A stretch of DNA of 57,206 nt from Ignavibacteriales bacterium (GTDB lineage: Bacteria; Bacteroidota; Ignavibacteria; UBA10030; BY39). Location: positions 5,623 to 62,828 of the forward strand of contig JBBIOD010000007.1 in the NCBI GenBank assembly GCA_037443545.1. Direction: 5' to 3'. Both the position numbers and the translations under genes were made by a program. A model generated the notes under the pieces. It was given only the letters and a program-made list of their open reading frames with translations. It was not told the DNA's origin and made no database searches. Shown piece by piece: positions 19,452 through 29,424 of the stretch (the stretch's first letter is position 1; the number at the start of each line of letters is the position of its first letter).

Positions 19452-20177
19452 TTATAGGAATAAACTCTTAAATTTTTCGTAATCGTTAATTATAAGTTTA
19501 TTACCCTGTAATTCGATATGACCTTTGCGAATGAACAAATGCACCATCCGCGAAATTGTTTCGCGAGATGTTCCCGCCATATTTGCTAAATCCATTTGCA
19601 GAGGAAGTTGATCGATTTCAACTCGACCTTTTCGTATTTTGCCTATATCGTCGGCGAGTTGCAAGATAACGTTAGCGACACGACCCGCAGCGTCTTTGAG
19701 TGAAAGACTTTTAATTTGTGTATCGGCTTTCCGCAGTCGCATTGTTAATTCTTTCAGCAACGATATTGCAACGGCAGGATACTCGTTTAGAAGGTTCAGG
19801 AAATCGCGGCGATGTATCATAAACAACTCTGCTTTCGTTATCGCAACCACACTCGCTGATCGTGATAATCCATCGAGAATAGCCATCTCGCCAAAAAAAT
19901 CATTCTCACCTAAAATTGACAAAATAACTTCTCTCCCATCCTCATCGCTTCGTATTACTTTCACTTTTCCAGAGATGATTACAAAAAGTGCGGCTCCGAT
20001 TTCATCCTCGAGCAGTATCATGCTGCCGCGTTTGTATTTTTTCCGGACCCCAACACGAGCGATTTGCAAAATTTCATTTTCTTCAATATCAGAAAATATA
20101 GGAACGTTTCGTAAGAAATGCATAGCTTGGAATGTACTCGCTTCCTGTTTTTGATTGAAAATTGTTGTTGATATCAT
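19452..20177 (-). CDS. Crp/Fnr family transcriptional regulator
   Basis: The cNMP-binding domain shows FFGEMAILDG..RSASV. The C-terminal HTH reads SRETISRMVHLFIRKGHI. Confidence 0.9.
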   Translation of the reverse strand: MISTTIFNQKQEASTFQAMHFLRNVPIFSDIEENEILQIARVGVRKKYKRGSMILLEDEIGAALFVIISGKVKVIRSDEDGREVILSILGENDFFGEMAILDGLSRSASVVAITKAELFMIHRRDFLNLLNEYPAVAISLLKELTMRLRKADTQIKSLSLKDAAGRVANVILQLADDIGKIRKGRVEIDQLPLQMDLANMAGTSRETISRMVHLFIRKGHIELQGNKLIINDYEKFKSLFL

Positions 20178-20311
20178 TGTTAGTTAAAATTTAACACAAA
20201 ACATAAAATCCACAAATAATATAGTAGAGTAATTAATCAAAGTCAAGCAATTGCAATTATTTAAATTATTGAGTAATTTCATTCAAATTTTAATACCAAA
20301 GGAGTAGCATA

Positions 20312-20875
20312 ATGGAATTTTTAATTTTAGTTATTTTCGTTGTTGTAGTTGCCGGCTGGGTGATTGTGAAGTACAACTTGCTCGTTACCCTTCGAAACCA
20401 AGTCGAAAACGGCTGGAAACAAATTGATGTACAGCTAAAACGCCGCCACGATTTGATTCCAAATTTAATAAACACAGTTAAGGGTTATATGGAGTACGAA
20501 AAAGAAACACTCACAAAAGTTATCGAAGCCCGCAATGCCGCTGTTAACGCCAAAGGGGTTAAAGATGTTGCAGCCAAGGAAGGCGAGCTTTCAACTGTTT
20601 TAACACGGCTTTTTGCTTTATTCGAAAACTACCCGAACCTGAAAGCGAACGAAAATGTAATGCAGCTTCAGGAAGAATTAACTAGCACAGAAAATAAAGT
20701 CAGTTTTGCTCGGCAGTTTTACAACGATATTGCTATGAAATTTAATATTGCGCGGGAAGTATTTCCGACCAATATCATTGCGAACATCTTCAATTTTAAA
20801 AAAGCTGAATTGTTTGAAGTTACATCAGAAACAGAACGTGCTGTACCTCAAGTCGATTTGTCGTTAAACAGATAA
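20312..20875 (+). CDS. lemA: LemA family protein
   Basis: An N-terminal TM helix followed by YN.LV.LRNQVENGWKQIDVQLKRRHDLIPNL...ARQFYND is typical of LemA. Confidence 0.9.
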   Translation: MEFLILVIFVVVVAGWVIVKYNLLVTLRNQVENGWKQIDVQLKRRHDLIPNLINTVKGYMEYEKETLTKVIEARNAAVNAKGVKDVAAKEGELSTVLTRLFALFENYPNLKANENVMQLQEELTSTENKVSFARQFYNDIAMKFNIAREVFPTNIIANIFNFKKAELFEVTSETERAVPQVDLSLNR

Positions 20876-20878
20876 CCG

Positions 20879-21901
20879 ATGGCTATAAATTTATTTCCGA
20901 ATATTTACGAACAGCAGGTAAGTAACAAACGACGTACTGTTTTTATTATGCTAATATTTATTTTATTCTTTGTTTTCTTAGGATACGGTTTCGACCTGTT
21001 TTACTTTGGGAATGATCCGCTCGGAATATTTTCCGATACCTACGGATTACCCTTTGCAACAATTGCCGCTTTTATGTTTGGCTTCATATTTTCGTTGTAT
21101 GGATTGCAGAGTGGAGCCAAAGCCGTATTAACTTCTGCGGGAGCGTATCCCGTTCCTGAAAACGATCCTAAATTTCAGACTCTCAGAAATGTTGTAGATG
21201 AAATGAAGATTGCATCGGGATTGCCACACCCAAAATTATTCGTAATTCCGGATGCCGACCCGAATGCGTTCGCCACGGGAAAAAACCCGGACAGCTCATA
21301 CATTGCCGTTACACAAGGATTACTCGACACATTGAATCGTGAAGAGTTACAAGGTGTTATCGCACACGAGATGGCACATATTAGGAATTTCGATATTCGT
21401 TTAATGACAATTATAGCAGCCCTAATCGGTGCTATTGCTTTGTTATCCGATTTAGCAGTCAGAGGTTTGAGGTTCGGCGGCATCAGTCGGGGAAATAAGA
21501 AAAGCTCGAAAAGCGGCGCGGGCGGACCGATTGCTTTGGTTTTATTTATTTTATGGATAATTGGAATCATCCTCGCTCCGATTTTAAGTCGGTTGTTAGT
21601 TATGGCTGTCTCGAGGCAGCGTGAATACTACGCCGATGCAACTGCCGGCGAATTTACACGAAACCCGTTAGCATTAGCTTCTGCGTTGGAGAAAATTGAG
21701 AGAGCCTCGGCTCCGACTCAATTTATTAAACGCGGTTCAGCTCATCTTTGTATTGTCGATCCATTAGGCCTGAAGGCAAATTTCAAGGAAGGATTTTGGG
21801 CAGATTTACTTGCTACTCATCCTCCCATTTCAAAACGAATTATGCTCTTAAAAGGAATGGCGTATCAATTTGACATAAAGACAGACCCACAAAAAAAATA
21901 A
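20879..21901 (+). CDS. M48 family zinc metallopeptidase (HtpX-like), membrane-bound
   Basis: HEMAHIRNFD (HExxH), several TM segments and a C-terminal THPPISKRI. Confidence 0.85.
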   Translation: MAINLFPNIYEQQVSNKRRTVFIMLIFILFFVFLGYGFDLFYFGNDPLGIFSDTYGLPFATIAAFMFGFIFSLYGLQSGAKAVLTSAGAYPVPENDPKFQTLRNVVDEMKIASGLPHPKLFVIPDADPNAFATGKNPDSSYIAVTQGLLDTLNREELQGVIAHEMAHIRNFDIRLMTIIAALIGAIALLSDLAVRGLRFGGISRGNKKSSKSGAGGPIALVLFILWIIGIILAPILSRLLVMAVSRQREYYADATAGEFTRNPLALASALEKIERASAPTQFIKRGSAHLCIVDPLGLKANFKEGFWADLLATHPPISKRIMLLKGMAYQFDIKTDPQKK

Positions 21902-21914
21902 ATACTTAACTTTT

Positions 21915-22352
21915 ATGAAGAAAAAACAAACAGAACAACTTCAACCTCTCGACCGTCGTTACGATACTCAGCCGTTGGATACGATAGACGTGGATGTCCT
22001 TGATACATTTCCATACGAATATCCGGGAAGAGATTTAACAATTAACATCGACACAGATGAATTCACGGCAGTGTGCCCGTTCTCCGGTTTACCCGATTTT
22101 GCAGTAATAAAAATCAATTACATTCCGGATAAACTTTGCCTCGAGCTACGTTCTCTCAAATATTATTTAATGTCGTATCGAAACGTCGGCATTTATCAGG
22201 AACACGCAGTCAATAGAATACTTGAAGATATTGTTGCATCCTGCAAACCAAAGTGGATGCAAGTAATTGCCGATTACAAAATACGTGGCGGTGTACATAC
22301 TGTAACGAGTGTCGAATACAATAAAATGAAACGGAGAAAAAATGAAACCTGA
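21915..22352 (+). CDS. queF: NADPH-dependent 7-cyano-7-deazaguanine (preQ0) reductase
   Basis: FTAVCPFSGLPDFAVIKINYIPDKLCLELRSLKYYLMSYRN..IYQEHAVN carries the catalytic Cys context of type I QueF. Confidence 0.9.
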   Translation: MKKKQTEQLQPLDRRYDTQPLDTIDVDVLDTFPYEYPGRDLTINIDTDEFTAVCPFSGLPDFAVIKINYIPDKLCLELRSLKYYLMSYRNVGIYQEHAVNRILEDIVASCKPKWMQVIADYKIRGGVHTVTSVEYNKMKRRKNET

Positions 22353-22635
22353 AAACAGAATTAATTTAATTCAAGAATTACAAAAAATTAAGCAAATCAA
22401 TTCAAGAACCAGCTATCTTGGTGCATGGATTGGGCTTATCCTTTCCGGCTATATTTTATCAACACTAATTGTTAAACCGTGGGGCGATTTCATGAATCAG
22501 GAATTTTATTGGGTTCCCTCCATCATAATTTTAGTGTTTTTAGCTGTGTTTTTACAATCTTTCTTTTTAATAATTCGTCACCTGATCTATAAGCGTTTAC
22601 TCATAATCTTCGAAGTATTGCTCGATGATAAATAA
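22342..22635 (+). CDS. Hypothetical small membrane protein (2 predicted TM helices)
   Basis: The ORF overlaps the queF end by 11 nt. It has hydrophobic segments WIGLILSGYILSTLIV and VPSIIILVFLAVFLQSFFLII. I recognise no family. Confidence 0.45.
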   Translation: MKPENRINLIQELQKIKQINSRTSYLGAWIGLILSGYILSTLIVKPWGDFMNQEFYWVPSIIILVFLAVFLQSFFLIIRHLIYKRLLIIFEVLLDDK

Positions 22636-22653
22636 ATCTAAACACAAAAACTT

Positions 22654-24090
22654 ATGCCTATAAAAATCCACAACACACTTACTCGTCATAAAGAAGAATT
22701 TAAACCGATAAATGAAGGCAATGTCGGCATTTATGTTTGCGGCCCAACTGTTTACGGACATTCGCACATCGGCCACGCAAAAAGTTATGTCTCGTTCGAT
22801 GTAATAGTCCGTTACTTGCGCTACATCGGCTACAAAGTTTTATACGTCCAGAACATCACGGATGTGGGTCATTTAACTGACGATGCAGACGAGGGTGAAG
22901 ATAAAATACTGAAGCAGTCGCGAATCGACAAAGTTCATCCGATGGAAATAGTTCAAAAATACACCCAGAGTTATTTTGAAGATATGGATGCACTCGGAGT
23001 TCAGCGACCCGATATTAGCCCTACTGCAAGCGGACATATAATTGAGCAGATCGAAATTGTAAAAGCGTTGCTGGCAAAAGGATTTGCATACGAAGTTAAT
23101 GGCTCGGTATATTTTGATGTGTCAAAGTTTTCGGATTACGGAAAACTTTCAGGCAGATCGGTTGAAGATTTAATTGCGGGTGCACGGGTTGATGTGAGTC
23201 ACGAAAAACAACATCCAGCTGATTTTGCAATATGGAAAAAAGCTGAACCCGGACACATTATGCAGTGGGAAAGTCCATGGGGCAAAGGTTATCCGGGCTG
23301 GCATCTGGAATGTTCGGCTATGTCAACTAAATATTTGGGGCAGCCCTTTGATATACATGGCGGCGGTTTGGAAAACCAATTCCCTCATCACGAATGTGAG
23401 ATTGCTCAAAGCGAAGGGGTAACCGGAAAACCTTTCGTACGATATTGGATTCACAACAATATGGTAACTGTGAATGGACAGAAGATGGGAAAATCGCTCG
23501 GCAATGTAATAAACCTGAAGGATGCTTTCAAAAAATACTACCCAATGGTTGTCCGTTTTTTTATCTTGCAAAGTCATTACAGAAGCACACTCGATTTCAG
23601 CGACGAAGCTTTGCAAGGAGCTGAGAAGGGACTTGAGAAACTATACAACACAGTTCGAAACATCAAGGAGGAATTCTCAAAAGCAAAAGGTGAAGAAACT
23701 AACATTGACTTCGATGGTTTCAAAGGAAAATTTTTGGAGGCAATGGATGACGACTTCAACACACCACAGGCAATTGCGATATTATTCGATTTTAGCCGTG
23801 AGATAAATGCCAACCTCGCTGAAGGAAAAATGACAGCGGCAGACCTGCAAAAAGCTCATCTATTATTCAAAGAGCTTGGTGGAATTATTCTGGGAATAAT
23901 TCCAGAAACTTTCCAGACAGAAACGAAGGGCTCGATCGAGAGCGATTTAGTGAACCTGATTCTTGACCTGCGTGCTGAGGTCCGGGCACAGAAACTTTGG
24001 CAACTTTCTGATAAAATAAGGGATGGTTTGAGTAAAATCGGGATAACTGTCGAAGATAAAAAAGACGGCGTGAGGTGGAAAAAGAAGTAA
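22654..24090 (+). CDS. cysS: Cysteine--tRNA ligase
   Basis: HIGHAKSY (HIGH), KMGKSLGN (KMSKS) and the WHLEC zinc-site context. Confidence 0.97.
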   Translation: MPIKIHNTLTRHKEEFKPINEGNVGIYVCGPTVYGHSHIGHAKSYVSFDVIVRYLRYIGYKVLYVQNITDVGHLTDDADEGEDKILKQSRIDKVHPMEIVQKYTQSYFEDMDALGVQRPDISPTASGHIIEQIEIVKALLAKGFAYEVNGSVYFDVSKFSDYGKLSGRSVEDLIAGARVDVSHEKQHPADFAIWKKAEPGHIMQWESPWGKGYPGWHLECSAMSTKYLGQPFDIHGGGLENQFPHHECEIAQSEGVTGKPFVRYWIHNNMVTVNGQKMGKSLGNVINLKDAFKKYYPMVVRFFILQSHYRSTLDFSDEALQGAEKGLEKLYNTVRNIKEEFSKAKGEETNIDFDGFKGKFLEAMDDDFNTPQAIAILFDFSREINANLAEGKMTAADLQKAHLLFKELGGIILGIIPETFQTETKGSIESDLVNLILDLRAEVRAQKLWQLSDKIRDGLSKIGITVEDKKDGVRWKKK

Positions 24091-24166
24091 ATTACAGGAA
24101 TTCAACGAATCTCTGGAACAAAAGCCACCCCTTGATTGTAGGAAATCCAGATACAATAATTTTTAA

Positions 24167-26256
24167 AAAGAAATTTCACTTGGTGTAAAAACATCCGGCG
24201 CCTATTTTGTTGAAGTTAGTTACCGGAAAAAGTTCGCACAAGCAATCGTATTAATTTCTCCCTACGCCCTCTTGACAAAACAGAGCAAATCGCAGTTACT
24301 AACTTACATCGTCGATCGCAGAAGTGGTAGCCCAATTTCAAATGCAAAAATTTTTGTTTACCAACTCAAAGAAAAGCTCGCCGAAGGCAATTCAACAAAG
24401 GATGGTTTATTTTATACTACACTTCCACCGATCAAAGTCGGCGACCAACAGCTAATCCCCAATCAACGTATGCGGCGACCGGTTCATCCAACAAGCAGGA
24501 ATATTATTGTAATGGGAGAAAAGGAAAATAATTTTATTATTGCTGACCCATACTATTATGTGTGGGGATTAGAACAACCGTTTTTAATTTATACTTACAC
24601 CGACCGTCCGAATCAGGAAGTATTTTTTAAAGGAATCGTACGAGAGAAAGACGAAAAAGGAAATCTGCAAAATGTTTCGAACAAATTAGTGAAAGTAACC
24701 ATTCGAGATTCTCGCGGCGGCGAAATTTTGCACGATTCCCTCTACTCAAATCAAAACGGAACTTATAACGGTAAACTTTTGCTCGCCGATGAACCGCCGC
24801 TGGGAGTTTACAACATACAAACGGACATTGAAGGAGCTTCGACTACTACGATATTCGAAATTCAGGAGTATAAGAAGCCGGAGTTCGAGGTTACATTTAC
24901 ATCCGAAAAAAAACAGTATTCAAAAGGTGAAACAATTATAGGCACTTTCGAGGCAAAATATTATTTTGGCAGCCCTGTTATTGATGCCGATGTCGAGTAT
25001 CAGATTTCACGAAATAGTTTTGCCAAACACTGGTACCCCGAAAACGCAACCGATATTTTTTACAAACGCATTCCACACGATGAACAAATAATATATGTTG
25101 GGTCGGGTAAATTAGATAAAGACGGAAAATTAAAATTCACACATCGAATTAATGAAGAAATTAACACCGAATATACTTATGAAATTGAAGCGAAAGTTAC
25201 CGATCGGAGCCGTCGTACAATATCAGGCGCCTCGCAAATCAAGGTTACGCGTGCTCTATTTACACTCGCAGTTCAAGCCGACAAATATCTTTACAAGCTC
25301 TACGATAAAGCCATAATTAATATAAATTTAGCAGACTTTGAAGGTGCTGGAATAGAAACCGATTACGAATTGATTGTATCGCGCGATTGGTGGGATAGAT
25401 TACCGCGAATTCAGGATGGCAGGACAACCTATGATTACAAATGGAACAACGAACTCGTTTTAACAATAAAAGGTAAAACTGCAAAAACAGGTATCGGTTC
25501 GACAACTTTCGAGTTGAAACAAACCGGTTACTTCTCCATTTCCGTATCGGCCGTAGATAAAATCGGTAACAAAATTACCGAGAGCATTCAAGTTTATTGT
25601 GCCGAAAAAAACATGACTTGGTGGGGCGATGTGAACTCAGGAATCCAAATAATACCCGATAAGCAGAGTTACTTACCGGGCGAAACAGTGCGTGCATTCG
25701 TGGTGATGCCGATTCCGATATCAGCGTCCTGATCATTGCGGAAGGCGAACGATTGATAGACTACCGGATCGAACATTTTAATAGCAGTGCAAAAGTAATT
25801 GAAATACCTCTTAAAAATATTCACACACCCGATTTTCATTTAGGTGTAAGCGCTATTGCAAACGATAATTTATATCAACAAACCAAATTGATTTCTGTCG
25901 TTCCGCAAGATAAGTTTTTGAATATCGAAATAGTAAACGATAAAAAACTTTATGAACCGGCAGAAGGCGGAGTTGTTACGATCAAAGTCAGTGGTCAAAA
26001 AGGGAAAGCAATAAAAAACGCAGAGCTTTCGCTCGGTATCGTTGACGAGCGTATATATGAAATAGTGTCTGAAAAAGTTCAGGAGATCAAGGATTTCTTC
26101 TACACAAACAGGAATAATTTTGTGCAAACTGATACTTCGCTCTACTTTAATTTCTATGGTTATTCGCAACCCGTCTTGATGACGACGGCAGAATCAATCG
26201 GAACGCGAACCTTGCAAAAGGGGGCGGAAACTCTGAGGAAAAGAAAATCGATATAA
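24167..26256 (+). pseudogene. Alpha-2-macroglobulin / MG2-domain family gene remnant (5'- and 3'-truncated, with an internal frameshift)
   Basis: The frame is open from 24167 with no plausible start or signal peptide (KEISLGVKTSGAYFVEVSY...ISPYALLTKQ...). MG-domain-like repeats are present (YTDRP..EVFFKGIVRE, FEIQEYKKPEFEV). The frame breaks near 25700-25735 and continues in another frame (DADSDISVLIIAEGERLIDYRIEHF...) to 26256. Only about 690 codons remain of a family that is normally over 1500 aa. No thioester CxEQ motif is visible. Confidence 0.6.
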
Positions 26257-26285
26257 AATAAAAAATATCGAATACAGGTTACACG

Positions 26286-26651
26286 TCATCGTGATAAAAC
26301 ACGATTGATGCATCCTAAAAGATCCTCGATATCGTAAGGTTTGGTAATATAGTCGTTTGCACCCAATTTTAACGCATCGATAGCGCTGCTTAATTCAGTA
26401 ACCGCAGTAAGCATGATGACTCGGGTTTTCGAGCCGGATTGTTTTAATTTTTTTAACACTTCAACTCCATCGACACGAGGCATTCGAATATCTAATAAAA
26501 TTAAATCGTAATTATTATTCTTCAACATTTCTAAAGCAGTGTCGCCATCGTCAGCAGTTTCCATTTCAAAGCCCTCTAATACAAGTTGGCTTTTGACTAA
26601 TATTCTCAATGCTTCTTCGTCTTCCACATATAATATTTTTGTTTTGTCCAT
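26286..26651 (-). CDS. Stand-alone CheY-like response regulator receiver protein
   Basis: 121 aa with VEDEE, LLDIRMPRVDG (phospho-Asp context), MLTA and ITKP. There is no output domain. Confidence 0.9.
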   Translation of the reverse strand: MDKTKILYVEDEEALRILVKSQLVLEGFEMETADDGDTALEMLKNNNYDLILLDIRMPRVDGVEVLKKLKQSGSKTRVIMLTAVTELSSAIDALKLGANDYITKPYDIEDLLGCINRVLSR

Positions 26652-26697
26652 AATTAATTCCCTTCTTTATAGTAATTTACAAAAAAAAGCAAACAAA

Positions 26698-28119
26698 TCA
26701 ATCGTGTTCAGCCGAAGGGGGCGAATGTTCAGTTTGCGGGAACGTGTGCGCAGTTTTATCCCACTTCAGAGGTTTACCTCTCAAAACCGATTTTGTAAAA
26801 AGATACAAAGCCCTCGCAGTAGCTGAAAAATTTATGATATTCGATAACGGAACACGGATGATACTCAAAGTTGCTGCCCAAAGTCCATAAACACGTTTTG
26901 TTGTAATAAAGCGGTGAGCAAGCCGCCACATCATTAACATAGTATCGATGACTACCAAATCCCAGAGTAAAGTACCTTTAACAACAATCGGTGGTAGTAG
27001 CGCCCCTGCCGTAAAACCCCAACGGATTGACTCATATAGTAATAAATATAAAACGACCACGTAAGCAAAAAAATTAATCGAATTCGTAATTACAGCTTTT
27101 CGATCGCGATAAAGAGTGAATCTGAATTTAGCATCGCCCACCCAACCAACATTTCTCCACGATTCAAGACAAATACCCGTTAACCATCGGGCTCGTTGCC
27201 TGACTGCTGCTCGGAGTGAGTGAGGAAAATATGCCCGCGTTGACACATCAATTCCGAAGGGCTTGTAGACGTATAATAAGTTAGCACGACCGAGTGCGAG
27301 ACGCAGAGCAATATCATAATCCTCGGTAAGCGATGCCGCTCTAAAAATATTTTTCGCGAAGGATGTTCCTACAAATTCAAGCAGCCATCGGTTGTAAGCA
27401 GTTCCAACTCCAGCTGACGGAACGAATCCACTGAAATGTGCACGAGCTACTAAATCCTTCGTATGATTTTCTGCAAATTCATCAGCATAAGTCCAGTGGA
27501 TAATGTTTGCGTGTTCAACGTGAAGAGGAAAAACCGGTACCTGAACCATATCATATTCGGGTATAAAGTAATTATGTAATTTTAAGGACATCGGATGGAT
27601 AATATCCTCGGCATCGTGTCCGATAATTATGTCGTAGCGTTTGCCTGTAACGTTTTCATGTTTAATAAGACCTTGAAAGACTTGATTCAAGTTATCGGCT
27701 TTAGTGGTCGGTCCTGGTCTTTCGGTTACAATCGCATGTACGTTTGGAAATATGGCACTGACTTCTTCAACTTTTTTTATTGTTGCGGGGTCGTTCGGGT
27801 AAACGCCTACAAAAAAATCGTAATTGGTATATTGAATAGTTCGGTTTGCATTCGTCAGCATCTTATCAATTACATCTGCTTCGTGCCAGGCGGGTACAAA
27901 AATGGCGATATGTTTTTCTTCTAATCCCTCTATCTCTTCAGGTTGAGTATAACGGTATTTTTTAAATTTTTTTCTATCAAAAAAACTATGGAACCAATAA
28001 TATAAATCAACAAAAATATCGTCCAACGCACTAAGTAATAGAAAGACTGCAACTATAAAAGTACCGGTGTATAAATAATCATAAGTTGAACTGAAAAACG
28101 AAATTATCAGGTCAATCAT
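26698..28119 (-). CDS. Membrane-embedded family-2 glycosyltransferase, NfrB-like polysaccharide synthase
   Basis: An N-terminal TM helix with LSALDDIFVDLYYW, then VPAWHEADVI, VGVYPNDP, RPGPTTKADNLN and HDAEDIIHP. From memory these match the N-terminal half of E. coli NfrB. C-terminal TM helices follow and the protein ends after them. Confidence 0.75.
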   Translation of the reverse strand: MIDLIISFFSSTYDYLYTGTFIVAVFLLLSALDDIFVDLYYWFHSFFDRKKFKKYRYTQPEEIEGLEEKHIAIFVPAWHEADVIDKMLTNANRTIQYTNYDFFVGVYPNDPATIKKVEEVSAIFPNVHAIVTERPGPTTKADNLNQVFQGLIKHENVTGKRYDIIIGHDAEDIIHPMSLKLHNYFIPEYDMVQVPVFPLHVEHANIIHWTYADEFAENHTKDLVARAHFSGFVPSAGVGTAYNRWLLEFVGTSFAKNIFRAASLTEDYDIALRLALGRANLLYVYKPFGIDVSTRAYFPHSLRAAVRQRARWLTGICLESWRNVGWVGDAKFRFTLYRDRKAVITNSINFFAYVVVLYLLLYESIRWGFTAGALLPPIVVKGTLLWDLVVIDTMLMMWRLAHRFITTKRVYGLWAATLSIIRVPLSNIINFSATARALYLFTKSVLRGKPLKWDKTAHTFPQTEHSPPSAEHD

Positions 28120-29318
28120 AACGAACGCCCGAAAATTATAAATAACCTGTATGAATTGTAATAGGAAGGATACGGAATTGGTTCGTTATCAACTTTCCAG
28201 TATGTACCTCTGTGAAATTCAGCCAGGAAGCTTAAGCCAAATGTATGGTGCGGAATTATGCGAACTCCTCCTCCCCACTCTACCACATTATTATAAAATT
28301 CCTTTTTCGAATCACGAGTAACATTTAATCGTGCATAGATATCGAGAGCGCTTTTTTTCCATTCAACGATTCTACCGCCTGCTTTGCCTGCGCTAAAAGC
28401 GATGAGATTTGAATATCTCGAATAATACCCGAAAGAACCGTAAACATCCGCAAAAGGTTTGAATCCGAATCGAACGATAGCCGGCCTCGAGATTTCCGGA
28501 TATATTCCATTACCGTATGTTATCAATGCACGGAAATCTTCCTTCACACGTGAGGAAGTTTCTCTTTTAATCAAATCGATTCCAATACCTCCTTGGATAA
28601 AAATTTTCAAACCGGCTAAAGGATTCGACATTAAACCTAAGCCGAGTATTGCTGCATTATCTGAAAAAATAATTGGCGGCTGTTCGGTGTTGGCACTTTT
28701 AGATTTGGTATCGCCCGAAACTTCCAGACTCCCATATACCGAAACTAACTTATCACCGACTACCGAAAAGCCCTCACGAATTTGTAAAAAACTAAAAATG
28801 CTTTCGAACCGCGAATCATAATAAGGCGAAGCGTAAACCTCGCCCCACCAAGGGTGTTTTTGTAATCCCTGGTAAGTGCCTAAAACTATTACTGAGGCAC
28901 GAGCTTTTTCTCTAATATCAAGGTCATCGGAGTTTTCTAACAGTCTGAAATAAACAAGCGCTTCCTCATTTCGTCCTAACGAATTATATAAATATGCTAT
29001 TTGAAGTTTGATTGTATCGGAAGGAGCTAATTGGTCAGCCACAATAAATTGTTCAATAGCTTCACTCTTTTTATCCTGTCCGATAAAAAGGTATCCCAAT
29101 TGTTTTTTTAAATGAACATTTGTCGGATCAATCAAAGAAGCTTTTTGAAATAATGAGATTGCCTCTTGTGGGTTGGTACCAATTGTTTCGTATGCTCTGG
29201 TTAGCAGAGAATGTAAATATTGTGTCGTGTCCTGAGAATAAAGAAAAGCCGAAGAATTGAGAAAGATTGTAACTGAAAAGGTGAATAAGATTATTTTACG
29301 AGACTTTTTTAAAATCAT
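28116..29318 (-). CDS. TPR-repeat plus beta-strand-rich outer-membrane protein (NfrA/BcsC/PgaA-like export partner)
   Basis: A signal peptide, then about 130 aa of TPR-like repeats (EAISLFQKASLIDP, EAIEQFIVADQLAP, EALVYFRLL). About 250 aa of alternating-hydrophobicity strands follow. A 4-nt ATGA overlap links it to the downstream synthase gene. Confidence 0.6.
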   Translation of the reverse strand: MILKKSRKIILFTFSVTIFLNSSAFLYSQDTTQYLHSLLTRAYETIGTNPQEAISLFQKASLIDPTNVHLKKQLGYLFIGQDKKSEAIEQFIVADQLAPSDTIKLQIAYLYNSLGRNEEALVYFRLLENSDDLDIREKARASVIVLGTYQGLQKHPWWGEVYASPYYDSRFESIFSFLQIREGFSVVGDKLVSVYGSLEVSGDTKSKSANTEQPPIIFSDNAAILGLGLMSNPLAGLKIFIQGGIGIDLIKRETSSRVKEDFRALITYGNGIYPEISRPAIVRFGFKPFADVYGSFGYYSRYSNLIAFSAGKAGGRIVEWKKSALDIYARLNVTRDSKKEFYNNVVEWGGGVRIIPHHTFGLSFLAEFHRGTYWKVDNEPIPYPSYYNSYRLFIIFGRSL

Positions 29319-29424
29319 GTTATTGAGTTTTTATTCAAATTTTGGCTTAATTTAACTATTTTTCTTATCTGATACAACCAAATCTGTGAATAATTTCTTA
29401 ATTCTACAATGATGATTGACACAA

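Noticed and set aside
20183-20195. A perfect 6-1-6 palindrome GTTAAAaTTTAAC, 6 nt upstream of the crp/fnr-family gene start, as a possible autoregulatory site.
   Set aside because: It is entirely A/T apart from its ends, sits where the ribosome-binding region should be, and does not resemble CRP (TGTGA-N6-TCACA) or FNR (TTGAT-N4-ATCAA) half-sites. AT palindromes of this size are expected by chance in AT-rich intergenic DNA.
21902-21914. Expected riboswitches or leaders: preQ1 upstream of queF, FMN upstream of ribH (18559-18583), and an M-box upstream of mgtE (42184-42199 overlap).
   Set aside because: The upstream gaps are only 13 nt and 25 nt, and for mgtE there is a gene overlap. That is too short to hold any of these aptamers, so these genes are evidently co-transcribed with their upstream neighbours.
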